A stretch of DNA of 64,000 nt from Planctomycetota bacterium (GCA_963205385.1 CAUJKE010000079.1:46-64045), one strand, 5' to 3'. Positions 47,834-58,843 are shown, numbered from the stretch's first letter. Notes: generated by a model from the sequence alone, not told the origin. A program made the numbers and translations.

Positions 47834-50800
47834 GTGAGTTCAACATTTGTCACCGTCGATGGAAACGAAGCGGCCGCCACGATCGCCCATCAAACGAACG
47901 AAGTCATCGCGATTTATCCGATCACGCCTGCGTCGCCGATGGGCGAGTTTTCCGATACGTGGTCGGCCCAGCAGCGCCGCAACATCTTTGGGACGGTGCC
48001 GGACGTCATCGAAATGCAAAGTGAAGGGGGCGCCGCCGGCGCTGTTCATGGAGCGCTTCAGGCGGGAGCGTTGTCGACGACCTTCACGGCCTCGCAAGGG
48101 CTGCTGCTGATGATTCCCAATATGTATAAAATCGCTGGCGAACTGCTGCCGACGGTCTTTCATATTGCGGCCCGCACACTGGCCACGCATGCACTGTCGA
48201 TTTTTGGCGATCATAGCGACGTGATGGCCGTTCGCCAGGCCGGCTGGGCGATGCTCGCCTCGAACACGGTCCAGGAGGTTCACGATTTCGCGCTGATCGC
48301 GCACGCGGCGACGCTCCGCGCGCGGGTGCCGTTTGTGCATTTCTTCGATGGTTTCCGCACGTCGCACGAAGTGAACAAGATCGCGCAGATCCCTTCTGCC
48401 GACATTCGCGCGATGATCGACGACGACTTTATCCGCGCCCACCGCGATCGAGCGATGGATCCCGAACGCCCCGTGCTCCGTGGCACAGCACAGAATCCAG
48501 ACGTCTTCTTTCAAGCTCGCGAAGCGGCGAATCCGTTCTATGATGTCCTGCCGCAAATCGTCCAGGAGACCATGCAGCAATTCGCTGAACTGACGGGCCG
48601 CTCGTATCAGTTGTTCGAATATGTCGGAGCGAAAGACGCGGAGCGGGCGATCGTGATGATGGGTTCAGGCGTGGGCGCGGTTGAGGAAGCCGTGGAAGCG
48701 CTTGCCGCACGCGGCGAAAAAATCGGGCTCCTCAAGGTGCGCCTCTACCGCCCGTTCGATATCGCCGCGTTCGTCGCGACGCTTCCCCCGTCGGTACGCA
48801 AGATCGCCGTGTTGGATCGGACGAAGGAACCCGGCGCCGTGGGCGAACCGCTCTATCAGGACATCCTCACCGCACTCGCCGAGAGCGGTCGTTTGGCGAC
48901 TTGCCCCACGATCATTGGCGGGCGCTACGGGCTGTCGTCGAAGGAATTCACGCCGGCCATGGCCGCTCGCGTCTATGAGGAATTGAACGCGGAATCGCCC
49001 AAGCGGCACTTTACCATCGGCATTATCGACGACGTAACCCATTTGAGTCTGAAATGGGATCCCGAGTTCTCGACCGAAGCGGACGATGTCACCCGCGCGG
49101 TGTTTTATGGTTTGGGGAGCGATGGGACGGTCGGGGCGAGCAAGAACTCCGTCAAGATCATCGGCGAAAACACGCCGCTATACGCTCAAGGCTATTTTGT
49201 CTACGACTCCAAGAAAGCGGGATCGATCACTGTCTCGCACTTGCGCTTTAGTCCCCGGCCGATCAACTCGACCTATCTGATTGAACGCGCCGGCTTTGTC
49301 GCTTGCCACCAGTTCAATTTTCTCGAACGGCTCGACATGCTTCAAACGGCTGATCCAGGGGCGACGTTTCTGCTGAACAGTCCTTACTCGCGCGAGGAAG
49401 TATGGGACCACCTGCCGCAAGAGGTGCAGCGGCAAATCATCGACAAAAAAATCAAGCTCTACGTGATCGACGCGATCAAGGTCGCGAGTGAGACCGGCAT
49501 GGGCATGCGGATCAACACGATCATGCAGACCTGCTTCTTCGCGCTGGCCGGCGTCTTGCCGCGCGAGCAGGCCATTGAGCAGATCAAGCAAACGATTCGC
49601 AAGACCTATGGCAAGCGGGGGGATGCAATTCTGCAACGCAATTTCGCCGCCGTGGATGCCGCGCTTGCGAACCTGCACGAAGTATCGATTCCCGCAGAAG
49701 TCACCAGCGTCATGCGACGACTGCCGCCGGTCTCGACCGAAAGCACCGATTTTGTGAAGCGGGTTACGGCGATGCTCTTGGATGGGCGGGGCGATTTGTT
49801 GCCGGTCAGCGCACTGCCGGTCGATGGCACGTTCCCCACCGGCACCGCCAAGGTCGAGAAGCGGAGCATCGCGATCGAGATTCCGATTTGGGATCCGGAA
49901 ATCTGCATTCAATGCGGGCTGTGCGCACTCGTTTGCCCACACGCGGCGATTCGCTCCAAGGCGTATCCGCAGGAGGCCGTCGCAGGCGGGCCAGAAGGTT
50001 TCCTATCATTGCCGTGGAAAGGCAAAGAGTTACCGAACCATTTAATGACCATTCAGGTGGCGCCGGAGGATTGCACCGGGTGCGGTGTGTGCGTCGATGT
50101 TTGCCCAGCCAAGAGCAAGTCGGTCGTCAAGCACAAAGCCATCAACATGGAGCCCAAACTGGAGCACCTGGAACGCGAGCGGGCGAACTTCGAGTTCTTC
50201 CTGGAATTGCCGGAACTCGATCGCACGCAGACCAATTTCGACACGGTCAAGGGCTCGCAACTGCTCGAACCGCTGTTTGAATTCTCCGGTGCGTGCGCCG
50301 GCTGTGGTGAGACGCCTTATTTGAAGCTGATGAGCCAGTTGTATGGCGATCGGGCGCTGATCGCCAATGCCACCGGTTGTTCGTCGATCTACGGCGGCAA
50401 CCTCCCGACGACGCCGTGGAGCGCCAACGCGGACGGCCGAGGACCGGCGTGGAACAATTCGCTCTTTGAGGACAACGCGGAATTCGGGTTGGGATTACGT
50501 TTGGCCATCGATCAAAAACACGATTACGCCGCGCATTTGTTGGCCGAGTTGACTTCGGTCGTGGGAGAAAACTTGGTCGTCCCGCTCCTGACCGCGCCGC
50601 AAATCACAGAAGCAGACATTCGCGAGCAACGCGCACGCGTCGCGGAACTGAAAGCCATTCTCGCCGCTTCACAGGATCCGAGGGCCGAGAAGTTGCACCA
50701 GATTGCCGATGTGCTCGTCAATCGGAGCGTGTGGATTGTCGGCGGCGACGGTTGGGCGTACGACATCGGCTTCGGCGGACTCGACCACGTGCTAACGACG

Positions 50801-51403
50801 GGCCGCAACGTCAATATTCTGGTGCTCGATACGGGCGTCTATTCGAACACCGGCGGCCAGGCATCCAAGGCCACGCCGCGCGCCGCGGTCGCGAAATTCG
50901 CTTCCAGCGGCAAGTCGTCGCGGAAGAAGGATCTCGGCATGTTGGCCGTCTCCTACGGCAATGTCTACGTCGCCCAGATCGCGATGGGGAGCAACCCCGC
51001 GCAGACCGTGAAGGCGTTCCGCGAGGCGGAATCGTACGATGGCCCTTCGCTCATTCTGGCGTATAGCCATTGCATCGCGCACGGCATCAACATGACCACG
51101 TCGATGACGCATCAAAAGGATGTCGTGCAGAGCGGCTTCTGGCCGCTGTTCCGGTACGACCCGCGCGAGGCTCGCACCGGCCAGCGTTCGTTCCATCTCG
51201 ACAGTCGCAAGCCGACCAAGTCGTTCAAGGAGATGGCGATGCAGGAGGGACGCTTCGCGATGCTCGCGCGACTCGATCCCAAACATGCCGAGCACCTGTT
51301 CGCGCAAGCCCAACAGGACATCGACGAGCAGTGGCATTATTACGAGCAAATGGCCGGCGTGGAGCGTGGCATCTTGGATGAATTAAAGGAAGCGGAAACA
51401 TGA
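47834..51403 (+). CDS. nifJ: Pyruvate:ferredoxin (flavodoxin) oxidoreductase, homodimeric single-chain type
   Basis: ORF 47735..51403, probable GTG at 47834 (VSSTFVTVDGNEAAATIAHQTNEVIAIYPITPASPMGEF). Other matches are SEGGAAGAVHGAL, two ferredoxin motifs (CIQCGLCALVCP, CTGCGVCVDVCP) and the TPP region GGDGWAYDIGFGGLDHV. Confidence 0.95.
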   Translation: MSSTFVTVDGNEAAATIAHQTNEVIAIYPITPASPMGEFSDTWSAQQRRNIFGTVPDVIEMQSEGGAAGAVHGALQAGALSTTFTASQGLLLMIPNMYKIAGELLPTVFHIAARTLATHALSIFGDHSDVMAVRQAGWAMLASNTVQEVHDFALIAHAATLRARVPFVHFFDGFRTSHEVNKIAQIPSADIRAMIDDDFIRAHRDRAMDPERPVLRGTAQNPDVFFQAREAANPFYDVLPQIVQETMQQFAELTGRSYQLFEYVGAKDAERAIVMMGSGVGAVEEAVEALAARGEKIGLLKVRLYRPFDIAAFVATLPPSVRKIAVLDRTKEPGAVGEPLYQDILTALAESGRLATCPTIIGGRYGLSSKEFTPAMAARVYEELNAESPKRHFTIGIIDDVTHLSLKWDPEFSTEADDVTRAVFYGLGSDGTVGASKNSVKIIGENTPLYAQGYFVYDSKKAGSITVSHLRFSPRPINSTYLIERAGFVACHQFNFLERLDMLQTADPGATFLLNSPYSREEVWDHLPQEVQRQIIDKKIKLYVIDAIKVASETGMGMRINTIMQTCFFALAGVLPREQAIEQIKQTIRKTYGKRGDAILQRNFAAVDAALANLHEVSIPAEVTSVMRRLPPVSTESTDFVKRVTAMLLDGRGDLLPVSALPVDGTFPTGTAKVEKRSIAIEIPIWDPEICIQCGLCALVCPHAAIRSKAYPQEAVAGGPEGFLSLPWKGKELPNHLMTIQVAPEDCTGCGVCVDVCPAKSKSVVKHKAINMEPKLEHLERERANFEFFLELPELDRTQTNFDTVKGSQLLEPLFEFSGACAGCGETPYLKLMSQLYGDRALIANATGCSSIYGGNLPTTPWSANADGRGPAWNNSLFEDNAEFGLGLRLAIDQKHDYAAHLLAELTSVVGENLVVPLLTAPQITEADIREQRARVAELKAILAASQDPRAEKLHQIADVLVNRSVWIVGGDGWAYDIGFGGLDHVLTTGRNVNILVLDTGVYSNTGGQASKATPRAAVAKFASSGKSSRKKDLGMLAVSYGNVYVAQIAMGSNPAQTVKAFREAESYDGPSLILAYSHCIAHGINMTTSMTHQKDVVQSGFWPLFRYDPREARTGQRSFHLDSRKPTKSFKEMAMQEGRFAMLARLDPKHAEHLFAQAQQDIDEQWHYYEQMAGVERGILDELKEAET

Positions 51404-52422
51404 GCGTCGACTTAAGCACCGATTACCTGGGCCTCAAACTGAAGAACCCGCTGGGCATCGCGGCTTGTCCGCCTTTGACCGGCGACTTGGACATGCTACG
51501 GCGACTGGAAGCCGCCGGCGCGTCGATGGCCGTCTTGCCTTCGCTCTTCGAGGAGCAGATCGTCCATGACGAACTCGAATTCGACCGCATGTTCGAGGAC
51601 CATGCCGAATCGTTCGCCGAGGCGCTCACGCAGTTTCCCGATTTGCACGAGTACAACACCGGACCGCGGGATTACCTCCGCCACATTGAAGCCGCGAAAA
51701 AGGCGGTCTCGATGCCGATCATCGGTAGTCTCAATGGCGCGTCCAAAGGCGGCTGGATTCGTTACGCCCGCTTGATCGAGCAAGCCGGCGCCGATGCGCT
51801 GGAACTCAACATCTATTTTATCCCCACGTCGTTTGAGATGACGTCGACGGATGTCGAACAACGTTATATCGACCTCGTCGCGGACGTCCGCCAATCGGTA
51901 TCGCTCCCGTTGGCAGTGAAAATCGGACCACACTTCACCAGCTTGCCGAACTTTGCCCAGCATTTAGTGGCGGCCGGCGCTGATGGGCTGGTGTTGTTCA
52001 ATCGGTATGTCGAAACAGACATTGATCTGGAGACGCTCAAGATCAAGCCCGATCTGTTGCTCAGCAATCGCCACGAGGCGCGCGTGCCGCTCCGCTGGAT
52101 CGCCATCATGCGCGATCAATTGAAAGCGTCGCTCGCGGCCACCAGCGGCGTGCACCGGATGGAAGGCGTGCTCAAGATGCTTCTCGTGGGGGCGGACGTC
52201 ACAATGATGGCCAGTATTTTGCTCAAGAAAGGCCCGGCGTTTATTGCGCTCTTGCTGGAACAAATTACCATGTGGCTCGAAGAGCACGAGTATGAATCGG
52301 TGGAACAGATGAAGGGTAGCATGAGCCGCGGCAATTGCGCCGACCCCAGCGCTTTGGAGCGGGCCAATTACATGAAGGCCCTCATCAGCTACACGATGGA
52401 GCATCCCTCGCCTCCGACTTAG
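51400..52422 (+). CDS. Dihydroorotate dehydrogenase-like TIM-barrel flavoprotein (non-canonical active site)
   Basis: 340 aa. ATGA overlap with the PFOR stop (51400..51403). DHOD-like layout (LKNPLGIAACP..., PIIGSLNG, LPLAVKIGP, GADGLVLFNR). The catalytic loop reads ELNIYFIPTS instead of ELNLSCPN / NISSPN. Confidence 0.75.
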   Translation: MSVDLSTDYLGLKLKNPLGIAACPPLTGDLDMLRRLEAAGASMAVLPSLFEEQIVHDELEFDRMFEDHAESFAEALTQFPDLHEYNTGPRDYLRHIEAAKKAVSMPIIGSLNGASKGGWIRYARLIEQAGADALELNIYFIPTSFEMTSTDVEQRYIDLVADVRQSVSLPLAVKIGPHFTSLPNFAQHLVAAGADGLVLFNRYVETDIDLETLKIKPDLLLSNRHEARVPLRWIAIMRDQLKASLAATSGVHRMEGVLKMLLVGADVTMMASILLKKGPAFIALLLEQITMWLEEHEYESVEQMKGSMSRGNCADPSALERANYMKALISYTMEHPSPPT

Positions 52423-52433
52423 CTCCCACTCCC

Positions 52434-53915
52434 ATGACTTCGCCTGACGACAACGCGACTGCCAGCGAAACGCTGTTCCGGACTTTCGCGGAGCAATGGC
52501 TGGCTTGTGTTAAGCAGGCGAACCAGGTCACACAACAAGCGTGTGGGCGTTTAGAGGGGAGCGCCGATCCGCGAGCCTGGCGGCGGCAGTGGTTCGATGC
52601 GCTCAGCGGCGGCACGGACGCCTATCTCCGCAGTCCGCCGTTTCTGCGGATGATGAAAGCCCACATTGACGCGCTCATTCAACTGAAGCAGTCGGAACGC
52701 CACGGGGCCGCAAACTCGCCCAGCGATGCCGCCACGGCGAGCGCGCTGGCGACCTTATCGAAACGCATTGCCGAGGTGGAAACTACCCTGCGCTCCCGTT
52801 TGGAGCAGCTCGAACAACGCGTCGCCGCGCTGGAGAACGCGCCGCAGCCTGCGACGGGAGAAGACGCCGGCTGGGAGCGGTTTCTCGATGTGCTCCGCGT
52901 GCGGCGCTCCGCGGCGGAATCGATGATGGGCGTGACGCCGCACGAAGTCGTCTATACCGAAGGAACATTGCGGCTGCTGCGCTACAAGACCCCCTCGGTG
53001 CGATTCGCCGAACCGATCTTGATCTGCTTCGCCCTCGTCAATCGACCTTACATCATGGACCTGCAGGCGGAGCGGAGTGTGGTGCGGCAACTGCTCGCGC
53101 GGGGCTTCGATGTGTATTTGATTGACTGGGGAATTCCGGCACCGGCTGACCACAGCTTGCGACTGGAAGATTATGTTGGCCGCTTGTTGCGAAACGTCGT
53201 CGAGTTTGTCTGCCACTACGCGCAGGCGGCGCAATTGAATCTGCTCGGCTATTGCATGGGCGGGACCATGGCAGTGATGTACACGGCGCTCTATCCGGCG
53301 CGGGTCCGCAACTTGATCTTGATGGCCGCCCCGATCGACTTCGGCGGCGAACAGGGGCTGTTGAATTTGTGGGCGCGGGCCGAGAATTTTGATGTCGACA
53401 AGCTGATCGACGCATACGGCAACTGCCCCGGCGAGTTCTTGCAATACTGTTTTCAACTGATGAAGCCGGTCCAGAACTTCGCGGAGAAGTATTTGACCTT
53501 TTGCGACAAGCTGGACGATGAGGCGTTCTTGGAGAACTTCTTTGCCTTGGAACGCTGGGCGAGCGATTGCATCCCAGTGGCCGGCGAGACGTTCCGCGAG
53601 TATGTGAAGTCGCTCTATCAGCAAAATCGCCTGATCCAGGGGCGGATGTCGCTCGGCGGCGCGCCGATCCGATTGGACGCGATCACTTGCCCGTTGCTAA
53701 TACTGGTCGCGGAACACGATCACCTCGTCCCGCCGAGTTCGACCTTGGCGTTAGAAACTCACGTGCGCTCTCGCGACGTGCAATCGATGTCGCTCAGCGT
53801 CGGTCATATTGGCCTGGCGGTGAGTTCCAAAGCGCAGCGCGATCTGTGGCCACGGGCCGCGGAATGGATCGCCGCGCATTCAACAGCTATTACCTTCCCC
53901 GAGACACTCCCATGA
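52434..53915 (+). CDS. phaC: Class III/IV-type PHA synthase PhaC with about 130-aa N-terminal coiled-coil extension
   Basis: ORF 52335..53915, ATG at 52434. Core: [17 protein letters not shown], lipase box GYCMGG, catalytic-region EHDHLVPP and GHIGLAVS. The N-extension has a W-rich helix and the heptad segment [30 protein letters not shown]. Confidence 0.85.
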   Translation: MTSPDDNATASETLFRTFAEQWLACVKQANQVTQQACGRLEGSADPRAWRRQWFDALSGGTDAYLRSPPFLRMMKAHIDALIQLKQSERHGAANSPSDAATASALATLSKRIAEVETTLRSRLEQLEQRVAALENAPQPATGEDAGWERFLDVLRVRRSAAESMMGVTPHEVVYTEGTLRLLRYKTPSVRFAEPILICFALVNRPYIMDLQAERSVVRQLLARGFDVYLIDWGIPAPADHSLRLEDYVGRLLRNVVEFVCHYAQAAQLNLLGYCMGGTMAVMYTALYPARVRNLILMAAPIDFGGEQGLLNLWARAENFDVDKLIDAYGNCPGEFLQYCFQLMKPVQNFAEKYLTFCDKLDDEAFLENFFALERWASDCIPVAGETFREYVKSLYQQNRLIQGRMSLGGAPIRLDAITCPLLILVAEHDHLVPPSSTLALETHVRSRDVQSMSLSVGHIGLAVSSKAQRDLWPRAAEWIAAHSTAITFPETLP

Positions 53916-55444
53916 ATAACATCATCAATCAACTCGCCGCGATGCGCGCCGCCGCGGAAATGGGTGGCGGCCAGAAGCGGATCGATGCGCAGCATCACAA
54001 GGGAAAGCTCACCGCCCGCGAACGGATCGAGTTGTTGCTCGATCCCGGGTCGTTTGAAGAGTGGGACATGTTTGTCGAGCATCGGTGCCACGATTTTGGC
54101 ATGGATCGGCAGAGTGTCCCCGGCGATGGCGTCGTGACCGGTTATGGAACGGTCAACGGCCGCGTGGTCTTTGTCTTTAGCCAGGACTTCACCGTATTCG
54201 GCGGTTCGCTCTCGGAAGCGCACGCGGAGAAGATCTGCAAGATCATGGATCACGCGCTTAAAGTCGGCGCGCCGGTCATCGGCATCAATGATTCCGGCGG
54301 CGCGCGGATTCAAGAAGGCGTAGCGTCGCTCGGCGGTTATGCGGACGTCTTTCAACGCAACGTGCTCGCGTCGGGCGTCGTGCCGCAAATCTCGCTCATC
54401 ATGGGTCCATGCGCCGGCGGCGCGGTGTATTCACCGGCGATGACCGACTTCATCTTCATGGTCAAGGACAGTTCCTACATGTTCGTCACCGGGCCGGACG
54501 TGGTGAAGACCGTGACGCACGAGGAGGTGACGCAGGAAGAGCTCGGGGGCGCGGTTACGCACTCAACGATTTCCAGTGTCGCCGATCGGGCCTTTGAAAA
54601 CGACGTGGAAGCGCTCGCGATGGTGCGGCGGTTCATCAACTACTTGCCGGCCAACAATCGCACGCCCCCGCCGCATCGCCCCACGCCGGACACCGGCGAC
54701 CGCCTTGAGCCTTCGCTCGATACGCTCGTGCCCGACTCGCCGACCAAGCCGTATGACATGAAGGAATTGATTCTGAAGATCGTCGATGACACGGACTTCT
54801 TCGAGATTCAACCGGAACACGCCAAGAACATTATCGTCGGCATGGCGCGCATGGAAGGCTATCCCGTCGGCATCGTCGCCAATCAGCCGCTGGTATTGGC
54901 CGGCTGCTTGGATATTCGCTCGTCGATCAAGGCCGCCCGCTTCGTGCGCTTTTGCGATGCGTTTAGTATTCCCATCCTGACGTTTGTCGACGTGCCAGGG
55001 TTTTTGCCGGGAACGGCGCAGGAGTACGGCGGCATTATCAAACACGGCGCTAAGCTGCTATTTGCGTATGCCGAGGCGACCGTTCCCAAGGTCACGCTCA
55101 TTACCCGCAAGGCGTATGGCGGGGCCTACGATGTGATGTCGTCCAAGCACTTGCGCGGCGATGTGAACATCGCCTGGCCGAGCGCTGAGATCGCGGTGAT
55201 GGGGCCCAAGGGAGCGGTGGAAATTATCTTCCGCAAGGAACTCGACACGCCGGAGCGGATCGCAGAATTAACGGAAGAATATCGCGTGAAGTTCGCCAAC
55301 CCGTTCATTGCCGGTCGGCGAGGGTTTATCGACGACGTCATCATGCCGCGGCAAACGCGCAAGCGGATCTGCCGCTCGCTGGCCATGCTGCGCAATAAGC
55401 AGTTGGAAAACCCGTGGCGCAAGCACGGCAATATTCCCCTGTAG
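53912..55444 (+). CDS. pccB: Propionyl-CoA carboxylase beta subunit / methylmalonyl-CoA carboxyltransferase
   Basis: Only the 3' 510 codons of ORF 53567..55444 are credible. ATG 53912 forms an ATGA overlap with the phaC stop. [50 protein letters not shown]... is the carboxyltransferase pattern. Confidence 0.92.
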   Translation: MNNIINQLAAMRAAAEMGGGQKRIDAQHHKGKLTARERIELLLDPGSFEEWDMFVEHRCHDFGMDRQSVPGDGVVTGYGTVNGRVVFVFSQDFTVFGGSLSEAHAEKICKIMDHALKVGAPVIGINDSGGARIQEGVASLGGYADVFQRNVLASGVVPQISLIMGPCAGGAVYSPAMTDFIFMVKDSSYMFVTGPDVVKTVTHEEVTQEELGGAVTHSTISSVADRAFENDVEALAMVRRFINYLPANNRTPPPHRPTPDTGDRLEPSLDTLVPDSPTKPYDMKELILKIVDDTDFFEIQPEHAKNIIVGMARMEGYPVGIVANQPLVLAGCLDIRSSIKAARFVRFCDAFSIPILTFVDVPGFLPGTAQEYGGIIKHGAKLLFAYAEATVPKVTLITRKAYGGAYDVMSSKHLRGDVNIAWPSAEIAVMGPKGAVEIIFRKELDTPERIAELTEEYRVKFANPFIAGRRGFIDDVIMPRQTRKRICRSLAMLRNKQLENPWRKHGNIPL

Positions 55445-55481
55445 GAGTTACGTGCACGGAACACTTACCAGAGATAAGCAC

Positions 55482-57468
55482 CATGTTCAAAAAAATACTC
55501 ATTGCCAACCGCGGCGAGATCGCGTGCCGCGTGATGAAGACGGCCCGCCGGATGGGCATCCGCACCGTCGCCGTGTTTTCCGAAGCCGATCGTTACGCCT
55601 TGCATGTGTCGCTCGCGGATGAAGCGGTCTGCATTGGCCCGCCCCCCTCCTCCGCCAGCTATTTGAATATCGACAAGATTGTGCAAGTCTGCCGCGAGTT
55701 GAGCGTCGACGCGGTGCACCCCGGCTATGGCTTTCTCTCCGAGAACGCCACGTTCGCCGAGCGGCTCGCGGAAGCCGGCGTCGCTTTCATTGGTCCCAAC
55801 GTGCATGCCATTCGGAGCATGGGAGATAAGATCACTTCCAAGCGGTTGGCGCAAGCGGCCGGCGTCAACACGGTCCCCGGTCACGCGGATATTATTCCGA
55901 GCGCCAGTGAAGCGGTCGTCATCGCGCGCGAAATTGGTTACCCGGTGATGCTAAAAGCCACCGCAGGCGGCGGCGGCAAGGGGATGCGGATCGCGCGTAA
56001 CGACGACGAGTGCCACGATGGGTTTGAACGCGCCAGTAATGAAGCTCGCTCCTCGTTCGGCGACGAGCGCGTGTTCATCGAAAAGTTTATTGAAGAGCCG
56101 CGGCACATCGAGATTCAAGTTCTGGCGGACAAACAAGGCCAGACGATTTATCTGGGGGAACGTGAGTGCTCGCTCCAACGCCGTCATCAAAAAGTGATTG
56201 AAGAAGCTCCGTCGCCTTTTCTGGACGAACAGACGCGGGCCGCGATGGGAGAACAAGCCGTGGCGCTGGCGCGGGCGGTCAGCTATGAGTCGGCGGGAAC
56301 GGTCGAGTTCATTGTCGGTCCCGACCGGCAGTTTTACTTCCTGGAAATGAATACCCGGCTGCAAGTGGAACATCCGGTGACGGAGTTCGTGACCGGGCTC
56401 GATCTCGTCGAGTTGATGATTCGCGTCGCTTACGGAGAGCCGCTGCCGCTGTTGCAAGCCGATGTCAAGCTCAACGGCTGGGCGATCGAGGCCCGCGTGT
56501 ATGCGGAAGACCCGTTCCGCGGCTTCTTGCCTTCGGTAGGGAGATTGGTGCGGTACTTGCCGCCTGCGGAAACTGCAGCGGTGCGTGTTGATACGGGGGT
56601 GTTTGAGGGGGGCGAAGTCTCGCTGCACTACGACCCAATGATCGCCAAGCTGATTACGCACGGCGCGACGCGCGAGCAGGCAATCGCCCAGATGCGCGAG
56701 GCGCTCAACGAGTTCTATGTCCGCGGCGTCTCGCACAATATCAGCTTTCTGGCCGCGCTGATTGAGCATCCACGATTCCGCGCAGGTCGCCTTAGCACGA
56801 ACATGATTGCCGAGGAGTATCCGGATGGCTTTCATCCGAGTGACGTGATTCATGACGATCCGGCGCTCTTGATCGCGGTGGCCGGAGCGATCCATCGGCG
56901 CTATATGGATCGCGCGGCAGGCATTAGCGGTCAACTCCCCGGTTACGAGCGCGTCGTGATCGATCAATGGGTGATCGTTGTGAACAACGAGCGCCACGCA
57001 GTCGATATTCGGCCGGTCGAAGGGGGGCATGATGTGCTTTACAACGGCCAGTGCTACGAGGTTCGCAGCAACTGGCAATTCGGCCAGCCGCTCTTTAAGG
57101 GAACGGTCAACGGCGACTCCGTGTGCATCCAGGTGGAGCGGCGGAACATGCACTACCGGCTGTTTCATTGGGGTTCGCAGGTGGACATCATGGTGTTGAC
57201 CGCGCGGGCGGCGGAACTGCTCGCGTGCATGCCGGTGAAGACGCCGCCGGACACCTCGAAGTTCCTCCTCTCGCCCATGCCGGGGCTGTTGACGCAACTC
57301 CTGGTGGGCGAAGGGCAAGATGTGCAGGCAAGTCAAGACCTGGCGGTGGTGGAAGCGATGAAGATGGAGAACGTGCTGCGGGCGGAGCGCGACGGCCGAG
57401 TCGAGAAGGTGCTCGCGCAAGTCGGTGAGACCTTGGCGGTGGATCAGCCGATTTTGAAGTTTGAGTGA
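55482..57468 (+). CDS. pccA: Acetyl/propionyl-CoA carboxylase alpha subunit (biotin carboxylase + BCCP domain)
   Basis: ORF 55414..57468, ATG at 55482. MFKKILIANRGEIACRVMKTARRMGIRTVAVFSEAD, ATP-grasp GGGGKGMRIA, and the C-terminal biotinyl motif VVEAMKMEN. Confidence 0.93.
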
Positions 57469-57581
57469 GCGGGTACAATCGCGCGGAAGCATGCGACCGC
57501 GGAACCACGCAAAACGGATTCACCTTCCGGGGAAGAGGAACGCGGTCGAGGGATGCTGTTGAACGGATGCGCGACGGCGCC

Positions 57582-58640
57582 TTAACTTGCTAAGGACGGT
57601 ACGCGGCGGGCGGGTTGGACGAACTTTTCGAACGCTGCCATTTCGAACGGGCCGCCGACAATTAGTGGCGTGCGGTCGTGGATGTCGGTGGGAACGATCT
57701 CCAGGATCCGTTGCGTTGCGTCGGTGGCGAATCCGCCGGCCTGTTCGGCAATGAAGGCGACCGGGTTGGCTTCGTAGAGCAAACGCAGCTTGCCTTGAGG
57801 GTTCTTATCGGTCGGCGGATAGAGGAAGACGCCGCCGCGAAGGAGCGTGCGGTGGAAATCCGCGACGAGCGAGCCAATATAACGCAAGCTATAGCGCCGC
57901 CCTGCTTCGCCGCTGCGAAGGTAGGAGATGTAATCGCGATAAGGCTGAGGGAACGTGTCCCAATTGCCGTCATTGGAGGAATAGTAGTCGCCCTGCCGCG
58001 GCATACGAATGTTTTCGTGGCTAAGCACAAACGCGCCAATCGCTGGGTCGAGCGTGAAGCCGTGCACGCCGTGGCCGGTCGTATAGACCATGATCGTCGA
58101 CGAGCCGTAGACAACGTAGCCGGCGGCGAGTTGCTTCACGCCGGGTTGCAACACCGCGAGGCTCGCATCGTCGCTGGCGCGGAGGTCTTCAGGCAGCGCG
58201 AGAATGGAGAAGATCGTTCCGACGCTCACGTTGACGTCGATGTTGGAAGAGCCGTCGAGCGGATCGAACACCACCACATACTTGCCAGGCCCCGAGCGGC
58301 CGTCGAAGGTGATCGCTTCATCGATCTCCTCGGAAGCAATGATCGCCACGTTCTCGCGAATGCCCAAGCAATGCACGAGCGCCGCATTGGCATAAACATC
58401 GAGCTTCTGCTGCAATTCGCCTTGCACATTGACCCGCTCGGCGCTGCCGAGCATGTCGAGCAAACCGGCACGGCGGACGCGGGCTTCGGTCATTTTGGTC
58501 GCCAGCGTGATGCCGGAGAGGAGCCAGGAAAAACTCCCCGTGGCATGCGGCGAATGTTTTCGCTGCTCCCTTAAGATGTGTTGCTGCACGGTGACAATCA
58601 CGGGGTCCGTCGCGCCGAGCACGAAACGTTTGGTGTTCAT
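57582..58640 (-). CDS. fbp: Class 1 fructose-1,6-bisphosphatase
   Basis: ORF 57582..58667, ATG at 58640. VVFDPLDGSSNIDVNVSVGTIFSI and GKLRLLYEANPVAFIAEQAGG are FBPase class I signatures. Confidence 0.93.
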   Translation of the reverse strand: MNTKRFVLGATDPVIVTVQQHILREQRKHSPHATGSFSWLLSGITLATKMTEARVRRAGLLDMLGSAERVNVQGELQQKLDVYANAALVHCLGIRENVAIIASEEIDEAITFDGRSGPGKYVVVFDPLDGSSNIDVNVSVGTIFSILALPEDLRASDDASLAVLQPGVKQLAAGYVVYGSSTIMVYTTGHGVHGFTLDPAIGAFVLSHENIRMPRQGDYYSSNDGNWDTFPQPYRDYISYLRSGEAGRRYSLRYIGSLVADFHRTLLRGGVFLYPPTDKNPQGKLRLLYEANPVAFIAEQAGGFATDATQRILEIVPTDIHDRTPLIVGGPFEMAAFEKFVQPARRVPSLAS

Positions 58641-58843
58641 CCTTGTTTCCCCTAAGAGCGAACGCAATGTCTTCTGACCATACTCTTAGTGCAAGAAACA
58701 TGCCGCTTGAAACCGCGGGGCGCAACGGCCGCATTTCCCACGGCGCTCGGCACGGTGCGGCCGAATCGTCGCGCCACGCGCGCCTGAGTGTGCGAAGCTG
58801 TACGCTTTACGGCGCGCTCGTCACGCCAGGCGATGGCGATATC

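Noticed and set aside
53567-53911. N-terminal extensions offered by the ORF track for pccB (53567). The same applies to the sigma54 activator (8995), AKR (19365), actB (27899), narJ (33577), phaR (47021), fabI (8942), PFOR (47735) and phaC (52335).
   Set aside because: The upstream parts overlap neighbouring genes or are Arg/Pro-rich junk. Internal starts coincide with SD-like sequences, signal peptides, conserved N-termini or 4-nt start/stop overlaps.
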